A stretch of DNA of 63,861 nt, counting the filler, from Rhabdomonas costata (Eukaryota): NCBI GenBank assembly GCA_019059605.1. It is 18 parts of 18 records of this genome, joined end to end, with 100 filler letters (N's around TTAATTAATTAA, not from the genome) between each part and the next. Parts side by side here need not be neighbours in the genome. Positions count along the whole stretch, not along the records: positions 35,576 to 39,026 come from JAHMHO010000830.1; positions 39,127 to 42,576 come from JAHMHO010000831.1; positions 42,677 to 46,126 come from JAHMHO010000832.1; positions 46,227 to 49,675 come from JAHMHO010000833.1; positions 49,776 to 53,223 come from JAHMHO010000834.1; 13 more parts are not named here. One strand, written 5' to 3'. Made by a program: the position numbers and the translations under genes. The notes below the pieces were generated by a model that was given only the letters and a program-made list of their open reading frames with translations, was not told where the DNA came from and did no database searches. How positions within the stretch are numbered: the stretch's first letter is position 1; every line of letters starts with the position of its first letter. Below are positions 38,501 through 52,088 of this stretch, one piece after another.

Positions 38501-39008
38501 GGGGAGGATCAAAGATCAACCATCATTATCATCGTCAGCAACACCATTCATAAACGTGTGTGCGCGCGTTAAACCACCTGAACAACTGGAAGGTCTCACA
38601 CCAACAACATATCACAAAGTTCCTAAAAGTCAACCCAACGCACGCATACACACACTATGCATTTTCATCCCAGTGCACCATAAAAACATCATAGAAACCC
38701 ACCACCACCACCACCACTTGAGAAAAGGAACATATATGCAGCACTACCGCACGCTCGATGTCGCTGTCGTCGATGAAAAGGATAGAATCCAGCCCAATGT
38801 TGATCGCCTGGGCGATCTCCCGAATGTTCTCCGACTTTGGCCTCCAGTTGATGCGATGCATCACAAAGTCCGACGGAAGGAGAATGTGCCGCAACCGCTC
38901 CTTTTTTGTGTGGGCCTCCAGTGTGGCCCACGCGGCCATCGTACGCTCCTCGGTGCTCTTGCTGCATGTCGCCAGCAGTATGCCGCGCTGCTTCATAATC
39001 TTTAGTGC
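35576..39008 (-). CDS. FkbH-like HAD phosphatase/acyltransferase, intron-containing, partial
   Basis: GT-AG exons: 38748-39008 (RGILLATCSK…INWRPKSENIREIAQAINIGLDSILFIDDSDIERA), 38211-38319 (EVMANLP…VIT), 36934-37043 (EEARTRSEM…EDFLASLG), 36379-36513 (RVQELLTRTNQF), 35576-35699 (DKFTTYGLVG…MSCRVI). Confidence 0.9.
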
Positions 39009-39149
39009 CTGTGGAAAACAACCACCNNNNNNNNNNNNNNNNNNNNNNNNNNNNNNNNNNNNNNNNNNNNTTAATTAATTAANNNNNNNNNNNNNNNNNN
39101 NNNNNNNNNNNNNNNNNNNNNNNNNNGTGTGGGTGTGTTTGGGGTTTTG

Positions 39150-40260
39150 GGGCTTTTACCATAGGTTCTTCACGCAGTTTGCGAATGTGGCAACCACCAT
39201 CACCACTTTGCTGGAGAAGAAGAAGCTGTTGTACTGTCGACCAGCCTAACAGCAAGCATTCGTAGGACTGAAGTCCTACCTTTTTCGGTATGTCGTCTTG
39301 GCCTTTCCGTAACGTAGGAAACCATTCATCCTCCACACCGACGCTTCAGACACCGGAATCGGAGCAATGTTGTGCCAATCTGATGTCTCTAATCTCTTTC
39401 ACCTGTTTGTATGCACCTCTCGGAAGTCGAATAAACATGAAGTTAATTACACCACGAACGAAAAGGATCTAGTCGATGTAGTCTATTATTGGAAGCACTA
39501 CTTCCATGGTGCCAAAGTCAAAGTCTTAACCGACAGAACCTTCAGACCATGGCGAAGTCGAGCCCCCGCCAGGTTTGTTGGCTATATCGATTGCATGAAT
39601 TCGATTTGACCATCGCACACATTCCGTGTAAGTCAAATGTTGTTGCCGAAATCTTCTCCCGCATGCGCGAGCAACAAAGGAGATGGGGGACACCTCCCCG
39701 CCTACAATGCGTCTTGTTGGACGAATGGCTGGACAATTACCGACAAGATCCCGAAATTTTTTCGACCCCAACACCAACGAGCTTCACGATGACAAGCGGA
39801 AGCACTACAAGTTTGGCCGACTTTGGGCCGATGAAAAAGTCTCGTGCCGAAGAATCTGGTGAATGATATTATCACAGCGCCTCACGATATAATTGTTGTG
39901 GGTCACTGGGGATTCATCAGGCAGTCATCAGTATCCAACGCCGGTGCGCCAACACATTGATTCATGCGACGTCTGTCCAAAGCTGATCACCACAACCCTC
40001 GAGGACTTATGGAACGAGTTTCAATTCCAACCCAGAAATGGAAGTCAATCGGCATAAACTGGATCGTCAAGCTCTCGCAGATTCAGCTGGAGGTGATGAC
40101 CTACGACGCGGTGCTGACAACCTCATCCATGCATGTAAGAAGGCGTCGGCAATTGACACAGCCGAGCATTTCCTTTGGCATGTGGTGATGTACCACGGCC
40201 TCCCCCTCTCCATCATCTCCCACCGAGTATCAAGATTCATGTGAGCCTTTGTGGAGACTT
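39150..40260 (+). mobile_element. Decayed Ty3/Gypsy RNase H-integrase fragment (apparently a different family)
   Basis: EVNYTTNEKDL…WKHYFHG…TD; LHEFDLTIAHIPCKSNVVAEIFSR; PTQKWKSIGINWI; YHGLPLSIISHR. Frameshifted. Confidence 0.88.
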
Positions 40261-42341
40261 TCTGTTCATACTTCAGTAAAGTTTTTGTTTTGGTATTTAT
40301 GCCGAAGTAGGGTGTCTTGAACTCAAGGCGGTCTTTCACCCGGCGGGGCCCTTACTACCTAGACTCACGAACATGATGGGCCCTGACAAGGAAGACCATC
40401 ATGGAAGTAGGAGGGGCATGCCACGCACCGACTTATTTTCCGGGGAGTGGCATGAACCATCATGCTTAGGGAGCAACATACGACTGGCTATTCCTCTAAA
40501 ACGGCCCCCAAGGCCGCCCATCATACATTCATCCCACCAAGGGGAATCTGGATGGTCTTACCGGGCACCGTCGGCATTTTTACCACTTTTCATCGTTAAT
40601 TTTTATGGGACACTTTTATGATTTTTACCCCCATAAAGGATTCTCATCCCCTATCCATACCAAGGAAGCACTGGTTAGAGACAAAAAGATGCCAAAAAAG
40701 CACGAATTTTTGGGTATTTTCTCTTCCCGCCTATTTTTTTTTGAATGGATTAAATATGGGGGTAATTTCCAATAATTACATGGTTTGCATGGGTATTTTA
40801 TTTTATTATCGTTTTTTGCAGTTGTTTAGTGGTTAACGTAAAAGGGTGGATGGGGTTTAAAAGTAACGGTTTTGAACATCATGGACTACTAAAACATGGG
40901 GCCGCCCATGTGGGGGCGCTGCCGTAAACCACAACGAGTCCGCACGGGAAACAAAATCGGATAGCCGGCGGTGGGGGAAGAGGCGGAACGGTATATGGAG
41001 CACGCGACCCCGCAAAGCACGATAAAACCTTGACGGCAACAGCAATCCGAGCAAAACCGAAAGGCCCAAAACAAACGGCCGGTTCCTAAAAAACGTGAAG
41101 CGGGCAAATAAAGCCCCCATCCCCCGACTAAAGCGCCAAAGGGACAACACCGGACAAGTGGAACGCCAAAGAGGGACACAAACAGAGGATTTTTGGATGA
41201 AAAATCCTTGTGGAGAGCAACCGTATTGTCCGGTGTCGGCCGGGGCCGGGGAACGCGCAGCTGGTTTTGTTTTTCTTCAACTCTCATTCCGTCTTTCCCT
41301 CATGCCCTGAGGTTCTTTTCATAACATTCTCCTCCGGGGTGTCTCCTTTGCCTCTGAGCGCGCCTGCATCTCGTCCGTTTGTTTCGCCCCCTTAATCCTT
41401 ACCACTTAGCTCTGGATGGTCCTAGGGCACCCTCTCGTGGTGCCTGTTTTTCTTGAAGGTAAGCTGTTCAACCGTTGGGTGCGGAGTTAGGCTTTTTTGA
41501 ACTAATTCGTGCTTTCGTATTCTTGCGCCCGGCGCATGTTCTCGAATTTGTCTCGTTCGTGTTTGTTGCTCCGTGTGCCGTCCCCCCCCCCCCGCTCTTG
41601 GATGTTTGCCGGCCCTTCTTGCATTGCTGCCTTTAATTCCGCTTGCTAGAAATTTTGATGCGTTTTGCTTCCCTGCCTGAAATAAACCTGTGGATGCGAT
41701 GCATTTAAGGAGGAGGGGTATGGTTCGAGAAATTTAAATCGTTTAAAGACCTTAAAACGGTGAGGTATAAAAAGATGCACGTAGGCGGCCACCCGAAAAC
41801 CCTCCTCGTGTGTCACTGTTTTGGTACTTATGGCCACAAAAACTCCACCCATCCCCCCCCACTATCCCGCCTCAGCCGCACGCTAAGGACTGGCTTCCGT
41901 GGCACTGGAATTCGCCACGTTGTTGAGACAGTTTAGCCCAACTCCAAAAATGCACCGGAGCAATAATACCGGCATGGTTGTTCACCTCCCTCGACATTAT
42001 GCACTTACAGCAGTACAAGGTGAAAAAACATTGCCCCAGGCATTCTTTCCATTCCTCCACGAATAAAGCTGATATGTAATGCCGAACCTTGCGAAGTCTA
42101 AGAAAATCCACACCGCTCCCATACGGAGGCCACAGTTATTGGGAATTTCTCTTCTTCACGTTCCCCTCTCACCCAGGGATTACCATCAGGGTCCTATTTT
42201 GGTATTAGCTGACTACTGACAGCAGACAATCTGACGCATGGAAGCTATTCCCGAAGCCACCACATGAAACTGTGACATAGTGTCTCCAAGTTTCGCGACA
42301 GTACCTCCGCACTGGACGCAGAATGTTCGGAGGAGCCGCGC

Positions 42342-42576
42342 CTACTCCGCGCTGTGCCTCTGCTTCCTCTTGATCACCTTCCGGAGCTTCTTGGCGCGAA
42401 CCTTCCGCTCTGCGGCGGTGATCTGCGCAAGCAAGGGTCGCTTCCACGGCCCTGCGCCGGGCTGCACCGTCTCCCCTGCCGCCGCAGCTTGGGCGTCAGC
42501 CCTGTCCTTCTCGTGCTGCACACGGCGCTTCGTCGCGGCCTTCATCTCCAGCGCCCGCCGGCGCATCCAAACCACC
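42342..42576 (-). CDS. Basic C-terminal exon of an unknown protein
   Basis: GC-rich frame …RRVQHEKDRADAQ…RAKKLRKVIKRKQRHSAE*, open from the contig end. Confidence 0.5.
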
Positions 42577-42761
42577 NNNNNNNNNNNNNNNNNNNNNNNN
42601 NNNNNNNNNNNNNNNNNNNNTTAATTAATTAANNNNNNNNNNNNNNNNNNNNNNNNNNNNNNNNNNNNNNNNNNNNTGTGGGTGTGCTGCGGCACATTGA
42701 GGTGCAGAGGAAGGAGCAGAGTGCAGAGCACAAGTTTAATTATCACGAAAGAAAACCGTAC

Positions 42762-45465
42762 CTTAAAGGTGTCCAGCTGGGCAAACGGGTTCTGAAGGGC
42801 TTCGACCAGGAGCTGGTCACATTTCTCTGCAAAACCTTTGGCTCTCCGGAGGGCCTGACAGGGGAGAGGGGAGCCAGAGAGGAAACCATAACCTCACTGG
42901 CAAGTAGCACGGTCTTTCAAATAAGGCAAGCAGGTTTGTTTCCAGCCAGTGACCACCCAGCACCCAGCGTATCACACCCCGTTTTGTTCTGCGTCTTGTG
43001 CACTCACACCTAATGCACATATACAACCAATAAAAAACGACAGATAATGATATCCTACACTCTTAAGCTCTTTTGCCTCACTGGGGACCGGTGGCAACCT
43101 CTGCCCCCAAACAGGGCTAAGGTATACAACACATGCCTGGAGGTCTGGCCCATACAAAGTCATGGGGCTCCAGTCAGGGGCGTAGGAAGTCGCCAGCCAA
43201 ACCGCTGGCTCGGAGACCCCCGCCGCAGCCGCCTTGAAGGACTTCAGCTGCCAGCGGGAGAGGAGGGGAGACATCGGCGTTCCGCAGCACGGGCGAACAA
43301 AAATGGAGGAAATTTACGAATAATACGGTCTGCACGACGGGCGCACCTCCGCAGCGCAGAAAGGGAAGGAAGTCAAGCGGAGTGCTGGGGACGTGAACGG
43401 TGGGCAAAGGCGCAAAAGAGGTGAAGCCCACAGTTCAACCCCAGCCCAACCTTCACTGTGACCAACCCAACCATCCCGTGATGGTGATTAGTACTGTACC
43501 ATAGGGAGATCCGTTCGCTAAAAGAAGTGCTCCCGTTATTGACCCTGGCGCCAAAGTCAAGGATCAGCATTGTCAGAAGCCTCTAAAAGCTGGGTTCAAA
43601 AAAACCACCGCTGAAAACCCTTAACAATTTTCTGTTGAAGAGCGAGAAGGAGGTGGGGATGCACACCGGTGCCACCACAAGAGTGGGCTGTTCATCGGGA
43701 AACGCAACCACCATCTGCTGCTCCTCGAAGTCAAATGTACGGAGCAACCTCAGGAACCTGTCCAATTCAAAGCGCAGGGTGAGCACCACCGAAACGAAAA
43801 AGCAATGTCAGGTGTTCAGCAGCAGAGAGAAAACAGCGCAAAACTAAGCAGCACAGAAGATACAGGAAGAGGAAACAATACAGAACAGAGAAACAAGACG
43901 AAGTGAAAACAAGCAAGGCAGAAGTCCAATTCAAGGAGGACGAGCGAAACAGAAAAAGTAGGGTGCCAAAACGCCTCGTGCGTATTGCTACAAAGCAGCT
44001 AATGTAAATCCTTGGGAAGGGAGCTGAGGAAAAGGAAGGAAGAGGGAGAGGGAAGGTCAAACCTCAGGAAGGCTTTGTGGTGGGAATTGGGTACGGAGGG
44101 CGTGGGGTACAGGAAGACGTGCATTACCACCAGCTCGATGCACTCGTCAGACCAATGCGGAGTCAGCATGTGACTTGAGAACCACAGCTTCGCCAACCTG
44201 AGCGAATATGCCGCCGGGCGATCGGCGAAAAACGAGCAAAAAAAGGAGACTACCTTCCATCTGTTACAGAAGTGCTTGGGCCAATATCAAACACCTTCAC
44301 AGAGTTGAACCACAACAAAAGATCTCGTCCTTCTGAGACTGAAGCCGATACTGCACTTAAAACTTTTACACCACCCCCAAGTATGGATGTGGGGGCACGT
44401 TCATCGCCCCCCAACCCCCTGCGCGATCTTCTATCATCATGCATCCAGAGGGGTCCGTAAACCACACCTTAAACGCAGGAGTGGGGTCCCCAAAATGCAC
44501 TGGATAAATTCATCCAATTGAAATAAAAAATTCGCAAAGAACTCGGGCAATGACCAGTTCATCAGAAGAAAAAATGAGAACATGTCAGTGAGTACTGTCC
44601 CACCCTCTCCTCCCAAAGAGGGGATATAAATGTCAGGAAACCCCAGAAAAATGAGCTGTTCAAATGGCAAATTAGAGAGGATCGGGATCACCGCAAAACT
44701 CCAAAAGCAGACAACAGCAAAGAAAATAAGAGCGAAGTGGAGAACCGGACAGCATAGGCGTAGGACTTGAACTCGGCAATGGCCCGGCGAACCAAGTCGT
44801 GGTGAAGGGGGCGAACCTTGTCCACGAGCTGGAGCTGCCTGAGCTTGGCAGTGTCTAAAAAAGCGAATTAAGCATGGCACCTTCTGGAGCAAAGACCAAA
44901 GGAATTTAACGCAAACATTCACCTCTAAACTTAATCATCAGTTTTCCGGTATACGTTTTCATGCAGTATTCTACCATTCAAGCGGTATCCTATTCACGTC
45001 GCTGGCGGATTTCGGACGAGGTCCAAAAAAATGCACGAGGCTAGTATCCGGCCGTCCGGATATGCCTGGATGGGGACTGAAAAAATGCGCGGATGTGGCC
45101 AAAGGCACGAAAGCATTCTTCAGCAAAATGCGATTTGGAGCAAATTCCGCACTATCCAACAAAAAGAGAAAGCAATTCGGAAACTGGTGCCGCACAAAAG
45201 CTTGCGCTTTTCGGACAAACTCCATTTCTCACAATTACGCTTGGAAGCATTGAACTCTGAGAATAGTGAGAAGAAAGTGAAGAAAGCAAATGCAAAGAAA
45301 AGAAAAAGTTGGGGGGGGGGTTAAGAAAAGGCTTCGTACAGCCCAGCTGCCGCAGCAGGCGGTGCTCCCCGTGGTGCCTGATGCGCACCCGAAAGAGGTA
45401 GCCGTCCACGGCGGCATCCACGAACTCGCGGTGGGGAACACACAAGATCTCCGCCTCGTCAAGAA
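42762..45465 (-). CDS. NOL6: Nucleolar protein 6 / Utp22 (Nrap), partial
   Basis: Exons: ~45340-45465 (FVDAAVDGYLFRVRI), ~44746-44843 (RPLHHDLV…YAVR), 44063-44197 (LAKLWFSSHML…ECIELVVMHVF…AFLR), one starting at 43757 (FLRLLRTFDF), ~43140-43250 (VWLATSY…GPD), 42762-42854. Confidence 0.88.
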
Positions 45466-46445
45466 GCCTTCAGTACCCCCCCCCCCGCCTCCACCTTACA
45501 AGGAAGAAAACTCCTCTAGGAAGCAAATGACAAGGTACAGTAATTAAAACACGAAGGGGTAGCTTGAATGAGTTAAGGAAAGGGGATGAGAAATCGGAGT
45601 GGGAGAAGGCTGACCGTCACAGCCGATATTTTTCACTCAAGATCCAACATTCCCTCAACAGTCCCTACAACATCAACATCACTATCATTGCGCACACCTC
45701 TCCGAGACCTACCGAGACCTCTCCTTGTAAAGGAAACACCCCCATTTCTCCCATTCCCAGGGTTTCGTGTCGTTGGTTCGTGCTTCCCTGTATCTGTGTC
45801 GTGGACCATTGTGTGTCTGGTCACCCTGGACATTGACCCGGTAGCTTTGATGCTGTGAAGAAGACCTTTTACGTCTGACGCGGAAGATGTTCACTATCAA
45901 AGTGTCAAAGAACGGGACCTTTTTCTCTCCGCGGCGCAGCCCACCCAAAAACAGACGACTCTTTCACCCGCTGACCCACTGCCCACAGTGAGACTAAAGT
46001 CTTCCATCAGGGGTCAGCATCACCCACAACTCACAATGACCTCTAACAAGTCCAGGGGAAATTCCCAGGACTTGGTGATGTGCAATGGTAACCATGCTGA
46101 CCACGGTTTACGCCCCCCCCCCACCCNNNNNNNNNNNNNNNNNNNNNNNNNNNNNNNNNNNNNNNNNNNNTTAATTAATTAANNNNNNNNNNNNNNNNNN
46201 NNNNNNNNNNNNNNNNNNNNNNNNNNGGGGGTGTGGCACCAACTCTGGGATGGGATGAACGAAAATTGCGTCGCGCAGCTGTTTGCATCGGATTTTTGTG
46301 GTTTAAAAATCATCCTCCGTAGATTTTCTGTCTCTGCTCTGTCCCTACCGCAACACCTTAGAAAAAAAACGACGTTCTTCATTCACTTTGAGTAGACTGC
46401 ACCTTTTTGCCGGCATCGCACAGAAAACATCTAACATGTTTACAG

Positions 46446-46700
46446 GGCATTTGACATCTCCGATGTGATTTTCATTCCTGAGGAGGACAAGGGGCTGCTG
46501 CTGGATCCCACTCCCTCCTCGATCTTCCAGCTCAACTCGAGGTATCTGGGACCCAACCTGGACTTTATGACGGACTTCTTTCTGGACTCCTGGGTGCAAT
46601 ACCTGGACTCCCTAGGGGTGAACCCCACTCTCTGCCGCTTCGTGCAGCAACATGTGATGTTGCACAGGCTTCCGCTGGAGTTTATTCGGTGGCGCAGAAC
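46446..46700 (+). CDS. MAM33/p32 mitochondrial acidic matrix glycoprotein-like exon
   Basis: RYLGPNLDFMTDFFLDSWVQYLDSLGVNPTLCRFV…EFIRW resembles the MAM33 C-terminal Y.GP.F..L…YL…G…L..F…EY..W pattern. Bounded by AG/GT. Confidence 0.65.
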
Positions 46701-47271
46701 GTATGACTGTCTCATTGGTGGACAGGTGGGCTCATGCCCGAGCTAGTGGTGTTTTTTTGGTTTCAATGCTGAGGAATACCCGAGCTACTTTTCGGTTGTC
46801 CAATTTCCATCTTTTGCCTGGGCCGTGAGCCAGGTATCTTGTCTTCTTTTTCATGTTGCAAATGCCCGCCCTTTCTGGAGCGGTTGAGATTAAGGTCCAA
46901 ATTGCTTCGTGGACCGTTCTGCATTCATATTAGTCTGCTTTAACAGTTCAGTGGGAGTGTGTAAGCTTCGTTTATAGAAAAATCATGCTGTATTTGCTTT
47001 TTCTGTCATTCCGGTTGTGTGGAAGGTTTCTCGCAATAATTTACGAATTGCCCGTGTGTCATCGTTTCTAACACATGACCTTGGGAGACCCTCCGCCTAT
47101 GAGGCGTTTCTTGATGTGGATGAAGCGGATGATAAAATTCGGCAAGAATGCAGTCTTCCAATCTTATGTCAATTAATTGAATGCCTCCATGTTCTGAATT
47201 GGTGCTGCAAAGGAAAGAGCTTTGTTCTTGGGCTTGTTATTTGCACTTAGGTTTGTATTTCGGAAGCAAAA

Positions 47272-49675
47272 ATGTCTGCTAATCTTGATGAAATTTTCAG
47301 TCAGCAGCATGCCCCTTCCCTTTCCGAGAAGGTGTGCTTTTTGCGACGTTGTTGTTGTCCCGTTCATTACCCTTCATCAATTCATAATTTCAAGATTCCT
47401 GTCGTTGTGCTTCAATTGGTGGTTTTCCTTGGTTTCACGAAGTTAATCTTTCACCATCCAACGAGTGAAAGATAAACACATTGTGGCCCACTGGGTGTGG
47501 TTGGTCGAATTCCTATGATTCCTTTGACAGCTGGGCTACTTCCAGATGTTTGCCCGGAAGGGGGGTCACCTGCACAAGCTTCGGAAACCCAAGAGCGAGA
47601 CTTCCGTGACATCCAGAGCGGTTCGCGAAGCGTGGTCATTTTTCTTGTTGTGATTTACCAGACGGACATTTGGTGAGTTCTTCTCTTTTGCCATAATTTT
47701 GAATCCCCCTCCTTTTGCAGAGATTGTTTCGACCATCCCGCGTCAGCATTGGGGATCTGGAGATGCAGCAAAGGTATGGTTTCTGCCCTTTCCTTCTAAG
47801 TCAGCAGTTGACAATGAGGACAGACGACAAAGGCATCAGAAAGGAGAGGTTCGTTTCAGGCTCCTGTTATTGACTGATTGCAGGGGTGCCACACGCACTC
47901 GCAATTTTAGCTCACGATTTTTACTTTCTTTTCTCTTTTATTGTGGTGTTGTTTTTGTGGTTGCTGCTTGGGTTCAGGGCGATTTTCAGCTCTCCTGTAA
48001 CGAGCTCTGCCTCCACAGCTGGTGCGTGAAGTTTTTTAAGCGATCTCCTGTTTCAATTTAAACGATGAAGTCTTCAATTTTCGGCGTTTCATTTTATTCC
48101 GGCTTTTCTTCATTTGAGTTTTTTATTGCACAGCACCGAAGAAAGCCGGTGGAAGGCCAAGAAAGCGACCCCTTGACCACTCAAGCAGCAAGAAGGCGAT
48201 GCAGCGAAGTCCACTGCTGACTGAGAATGAAAACCACGAGAGGGGAGATGACGAAGAGGTCGAGGAAAGCGCCAGCCCAAGTTCCAGTTCCAGCCCTCCG
48301 AGCTCTGACAGAGACGAGAATTACCTCCCTCCGGAGAAGGTTCCCAAACTATTTCACACAGGTTGTGCCGCACACTTTGCCTTTGGTGCTGTTTTATTGC
48401 AGGTTCACCAAAACTAAACTGGAACATGTGCGGGATTGGGTTCCTTTCGTTTCAGATGACTTGCCCAAGTCGACACAAGGCATCGACATAAAGTCGGAAT
48501 CCCAGGAACTGCAGCCCGAGGTGATGAAACCACTAGACGCTGTCGTGAACTGTGCGCAAGGTGTGATGTCAGGGAGAAGCATTTTGGGGAATTCGCAATT
48601 CTTTCGGGAAAGTGGAGACGACGCCTGGTCCCGGAGCCCGGACCTCCAAATTTGGCTGGACATATACATTCGCTATTTGACGGATAAATTGCTCATTAGC
48701 CCCAACTGCGTGCCCAACTGCGTGGCAAAAAAGAAATTGAGAGAATTCTGGCCTTCGGTGTGATGCATTGCATTTTTCGGTAGGATCCACGCCGGTCCTG
48801 GATGCTCAGCAAGTCTTGGAGACTCCTTCCGTGAAGGGGGAAGAGTCCTCTGCGCCTACCCTTGAGTCTCCGGCAGAACCTCCCGGAAAAACTGAAATTC
48901 CGAGTCTTCAGGCTCCCTCCTCGGACAGTTTAGGTGTGGGTGTGGGTGTGGTGGGTGTGGGTGTGGGTGAGTGTGTGGATGTGCGCATACGCCTGACACA
49001 TGTATGTGCGAGTGAATTTTCAATGACATTTGGAAAGGGAGGCTCCAGGAGAATGGGATGCCAGCGGATGAGGAGAAGTACATCCTCCTTTGAGGTGAAA
49101 CTCAAGGGGCTGCAGAGCTAGGCGAGCGCGCTAGCTTAAGGCAATCGTAAAGAGCCGATGTTCCAATGTGCTGGTGGGGTTTCCTAAAGATCTTCAGAAG
49201 AATACAGCCAAATGCAAAGAAGCAAGTCGGCAGCTCCAGGAATGACTACGAAAATGTAAAGTATCAGAAAGTAGTTCCCAGGAGGCGCGAGAGTGTCTTA
49301 GAAGCCCGTGTGAGGAAAAACTCAAAAGTTGGGATATTTGGTGGGGGTTCTTGCATGTAGCTTCTTCGCAAACTCCTTCCTCCTCCCGTTCTGCCTGTGA
49401 CTTTCTGCCTGCTCCTTTCAATCTCAGGAGACTCAGACAAAGCCCATGCAACTCCAGCAGTTCCCCCGCAAGGTTCTCCGAAAAGCCCTGACAAGCGCAT
49501 AGGAACGCCCACCGCTGCCAGGGAGCACGGGAGCGTTCCTGCTGCTGAATCGGAGAAGCCGGCGGAGCCACCCTCGATGCAGGCGGAGGGTCAGCCACCC
49601 AAAAAAAAGGCACCCCGCCTGCAACCTCCTCGCTCGGCGAAAACGGTGGTGGACAAGGCGGCGAAAACGAAGAGG
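47272..49675 (+). CDS. Multi-exon, largely low-complexity hypothetical protein
   Basis: Coding-like AG/GT-bounded segments at ~48134-48339, ~48456-48757, 48784-48933 and 49428-49675. Confidence 0.45.
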
Positions 49676-52088
49676 NNNNNNNNNNNNNNNNNNNNNNNNN
49701 NNNNNNNNNNNNNNNNNNNTTAATTAATTAANNNNNNNNNNNNNNNNNNNNNNNNNNNNNNNNNNNNNNNNNNNNGGTGGTGGTTTCAGTGTGTGAGTGG
49801 CGTTTGTCAGTTGGCGGTACAAGCATCTTCAGGTTCCCCTGATGTACGTTTGCATTAAGGGACACAATGGCTTCACGCCCCCCATCGTCCGCCCACCCGC
49901 GAAAAATGTCTTCTTGAGGGAAACTTTCATTCTTATCTGATTCCCCGCCAACCATTGATCCGCTAACTGGGCAAATCCAATTCGTTTCTCTTCCCCTGAA
50001 GAAAACAAACACATCAAGCCACGAAGCCTCTCTCACCTGCAGAAGGTGGGGGCCGCCGCCGGAAGGGCGTGACCGTCCTGTCGCTCGATGAGGTCCCATA
50101 AAGCCCCTGAGCGAGGGCACGTATGAACCGTGTGAGTCAAGCTTTGTGTCGCGTGCCTCACTCCTGAGCCCTAAAAGTCCCTGGGCAGAACCACGATGCA
50201 AAGTTCCCCAGAACATCAAACTGTGGCTCTGCGAGGAGTCCTGTGGACGCGGTCAAACTCAACCAGTTATACCCACACAAAGTGAACGGACCAAAAACGG
50301 ACTTAACTTTTACACATTTCCAACAAAAATCTGATGGGCACTCTCTTTCTTCTTCGGCTGTCAGTATGAAAGTTTCTGAAGGAAAGCCAATGCACATGAG
50401 TGCCGCGGCAACGACACCTTGGTGACCAAGGAGGCAGCAGGGTCTGGGCCCGGACGGAAGGCGTAAAACAGAGCCCGCGGGAGCCTCATACTGACACAGC
50501 GTGTACTGAGGCGCAGAGCGGCATCAATTTTTTGGGGTAGGGCGGTGGGGAGGAGGGCCTTTTTCAGAGGACGCACCAACACAGAAACACACACTTCAGA
50601 AAGAAATGTTCTTTCTGCCCCACACGAGAGATACTGTCCCACAAAACCTGGACAAACGCCCGACACTAACAATGCCTATCTGCTGAATTTGAATCGTACC
50701 TGCCGCCATTGCCCGGGCAAATCCAGTTCTGGACATTTCAGCGGCTTCAAGGGGCGGTGCGATGTTCGAAGAAGTGCCTCATGGATGGCATCTGATTTCT
50801 TTCAGTGGCATCCAAAGGCAGCTATCAAAGTGACTCTCCCCTTCCCCGTGACAACGTTCAGCGAAATGCCATCCAAGCATGCCGTTCTTAGTGCCCCAGC
50901 AAGCATGGCTGTGCTCCCTTCGTCATCCGTCGCCTACCGTACACCATACACCGTACCATGAGTTTCCAAGACGCTCACCCGTTACAGATCCATGGGTTTA
51001 TCATTATTAGCCTTTCTCCCCCTCACCTCGGGGCAATCGGTGAACCACTTCACTGCCAAAATGAAAACGGGACGTGCAAGGACATAAGCACCGCGCAGAA
51101 GGAAAGGTAAAGGTACAGCGGCGGTGGTCCTCGTGACACACCTCCCACACGAATGGCAGCGACCCTCCAAGCACGCACTCTCCCCGCGTGAAAAAACCCG
51201 AAACAACAGCAACAACCAAAAAAAAAAGCATCAAGGAGTCGCATCTTCAACGAAAATGCCACCAAAAAGAAAACACAAGCAAAATGACAGACAAGCAGGA
51301 CACAGCATCCCGGGAAACGGCGCGAAGAAGAATCGACGAGAACACACGCATGTTTTCGGACCTCCAGCTTAAGTCACATCTGATATTCATAAGCAATGTT
51401 CCAAGGAGTGAAGGTCCCACAGAGAGAGATGGTATTGTGACTCAGCCAGGGAACCGAAACGGTCCCGTGGATCGGGAATCACGTTGACCTGAAAACAAGG
51501 TCAGGGTGCAAATTGCGCCAACTCTGACACCATATGTCATTCGATCGACATCAACCGACTCCACATCTCGTGGACAGCCCAATATTGGCGAGACGCACCC
51601 TCCTTCAATATTGCCGAACCACTACAACCGTCGTGAAAGCTATCAGGAGACTGCTAGACTGCTCCAATGCAACTTTCTAGCCGGCAGGGCATCGAAGCAC
51701 ACTCTGTGGCTAAAAGCCCTATAGGTACTTTCTTTGACAAAAAGAGTTGGACTGTGCGTGGGAAGGAAAGCAGAAAGCACATTATCATCATCCGTATATC
51801 CAGGCGGCAGGCTGCGCCTGGGAGTTCGGCTTGCCACAACGCGGTCAATGACACGCACAAATACAAAGAGTGCTTGAAATCATTGCGGCAGCTCCGGTTT
51901 TTGGGAGGAAGGTCGCATGTCACCAAGGCTATACCCCGCCCCCCCCCCCTTCACCACGTAAGCTCTATCCCCGAAACAGTGTCCTCCGTTACGGGCACCT
52001 CAAGCTGGCGGGAGGGGGGAGGAAGTACAGCGACGCAAACTCCACCTCTCTCTGTGTGGCGGAGCGCTCGATTTGGGCTGCTGCCGAC

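Noticed and set aside
42678-43013. Plus-strand 111-aa ORF
   Set aside because: It is antisense to a canonical AG/GT-bounded NOL6 exon.
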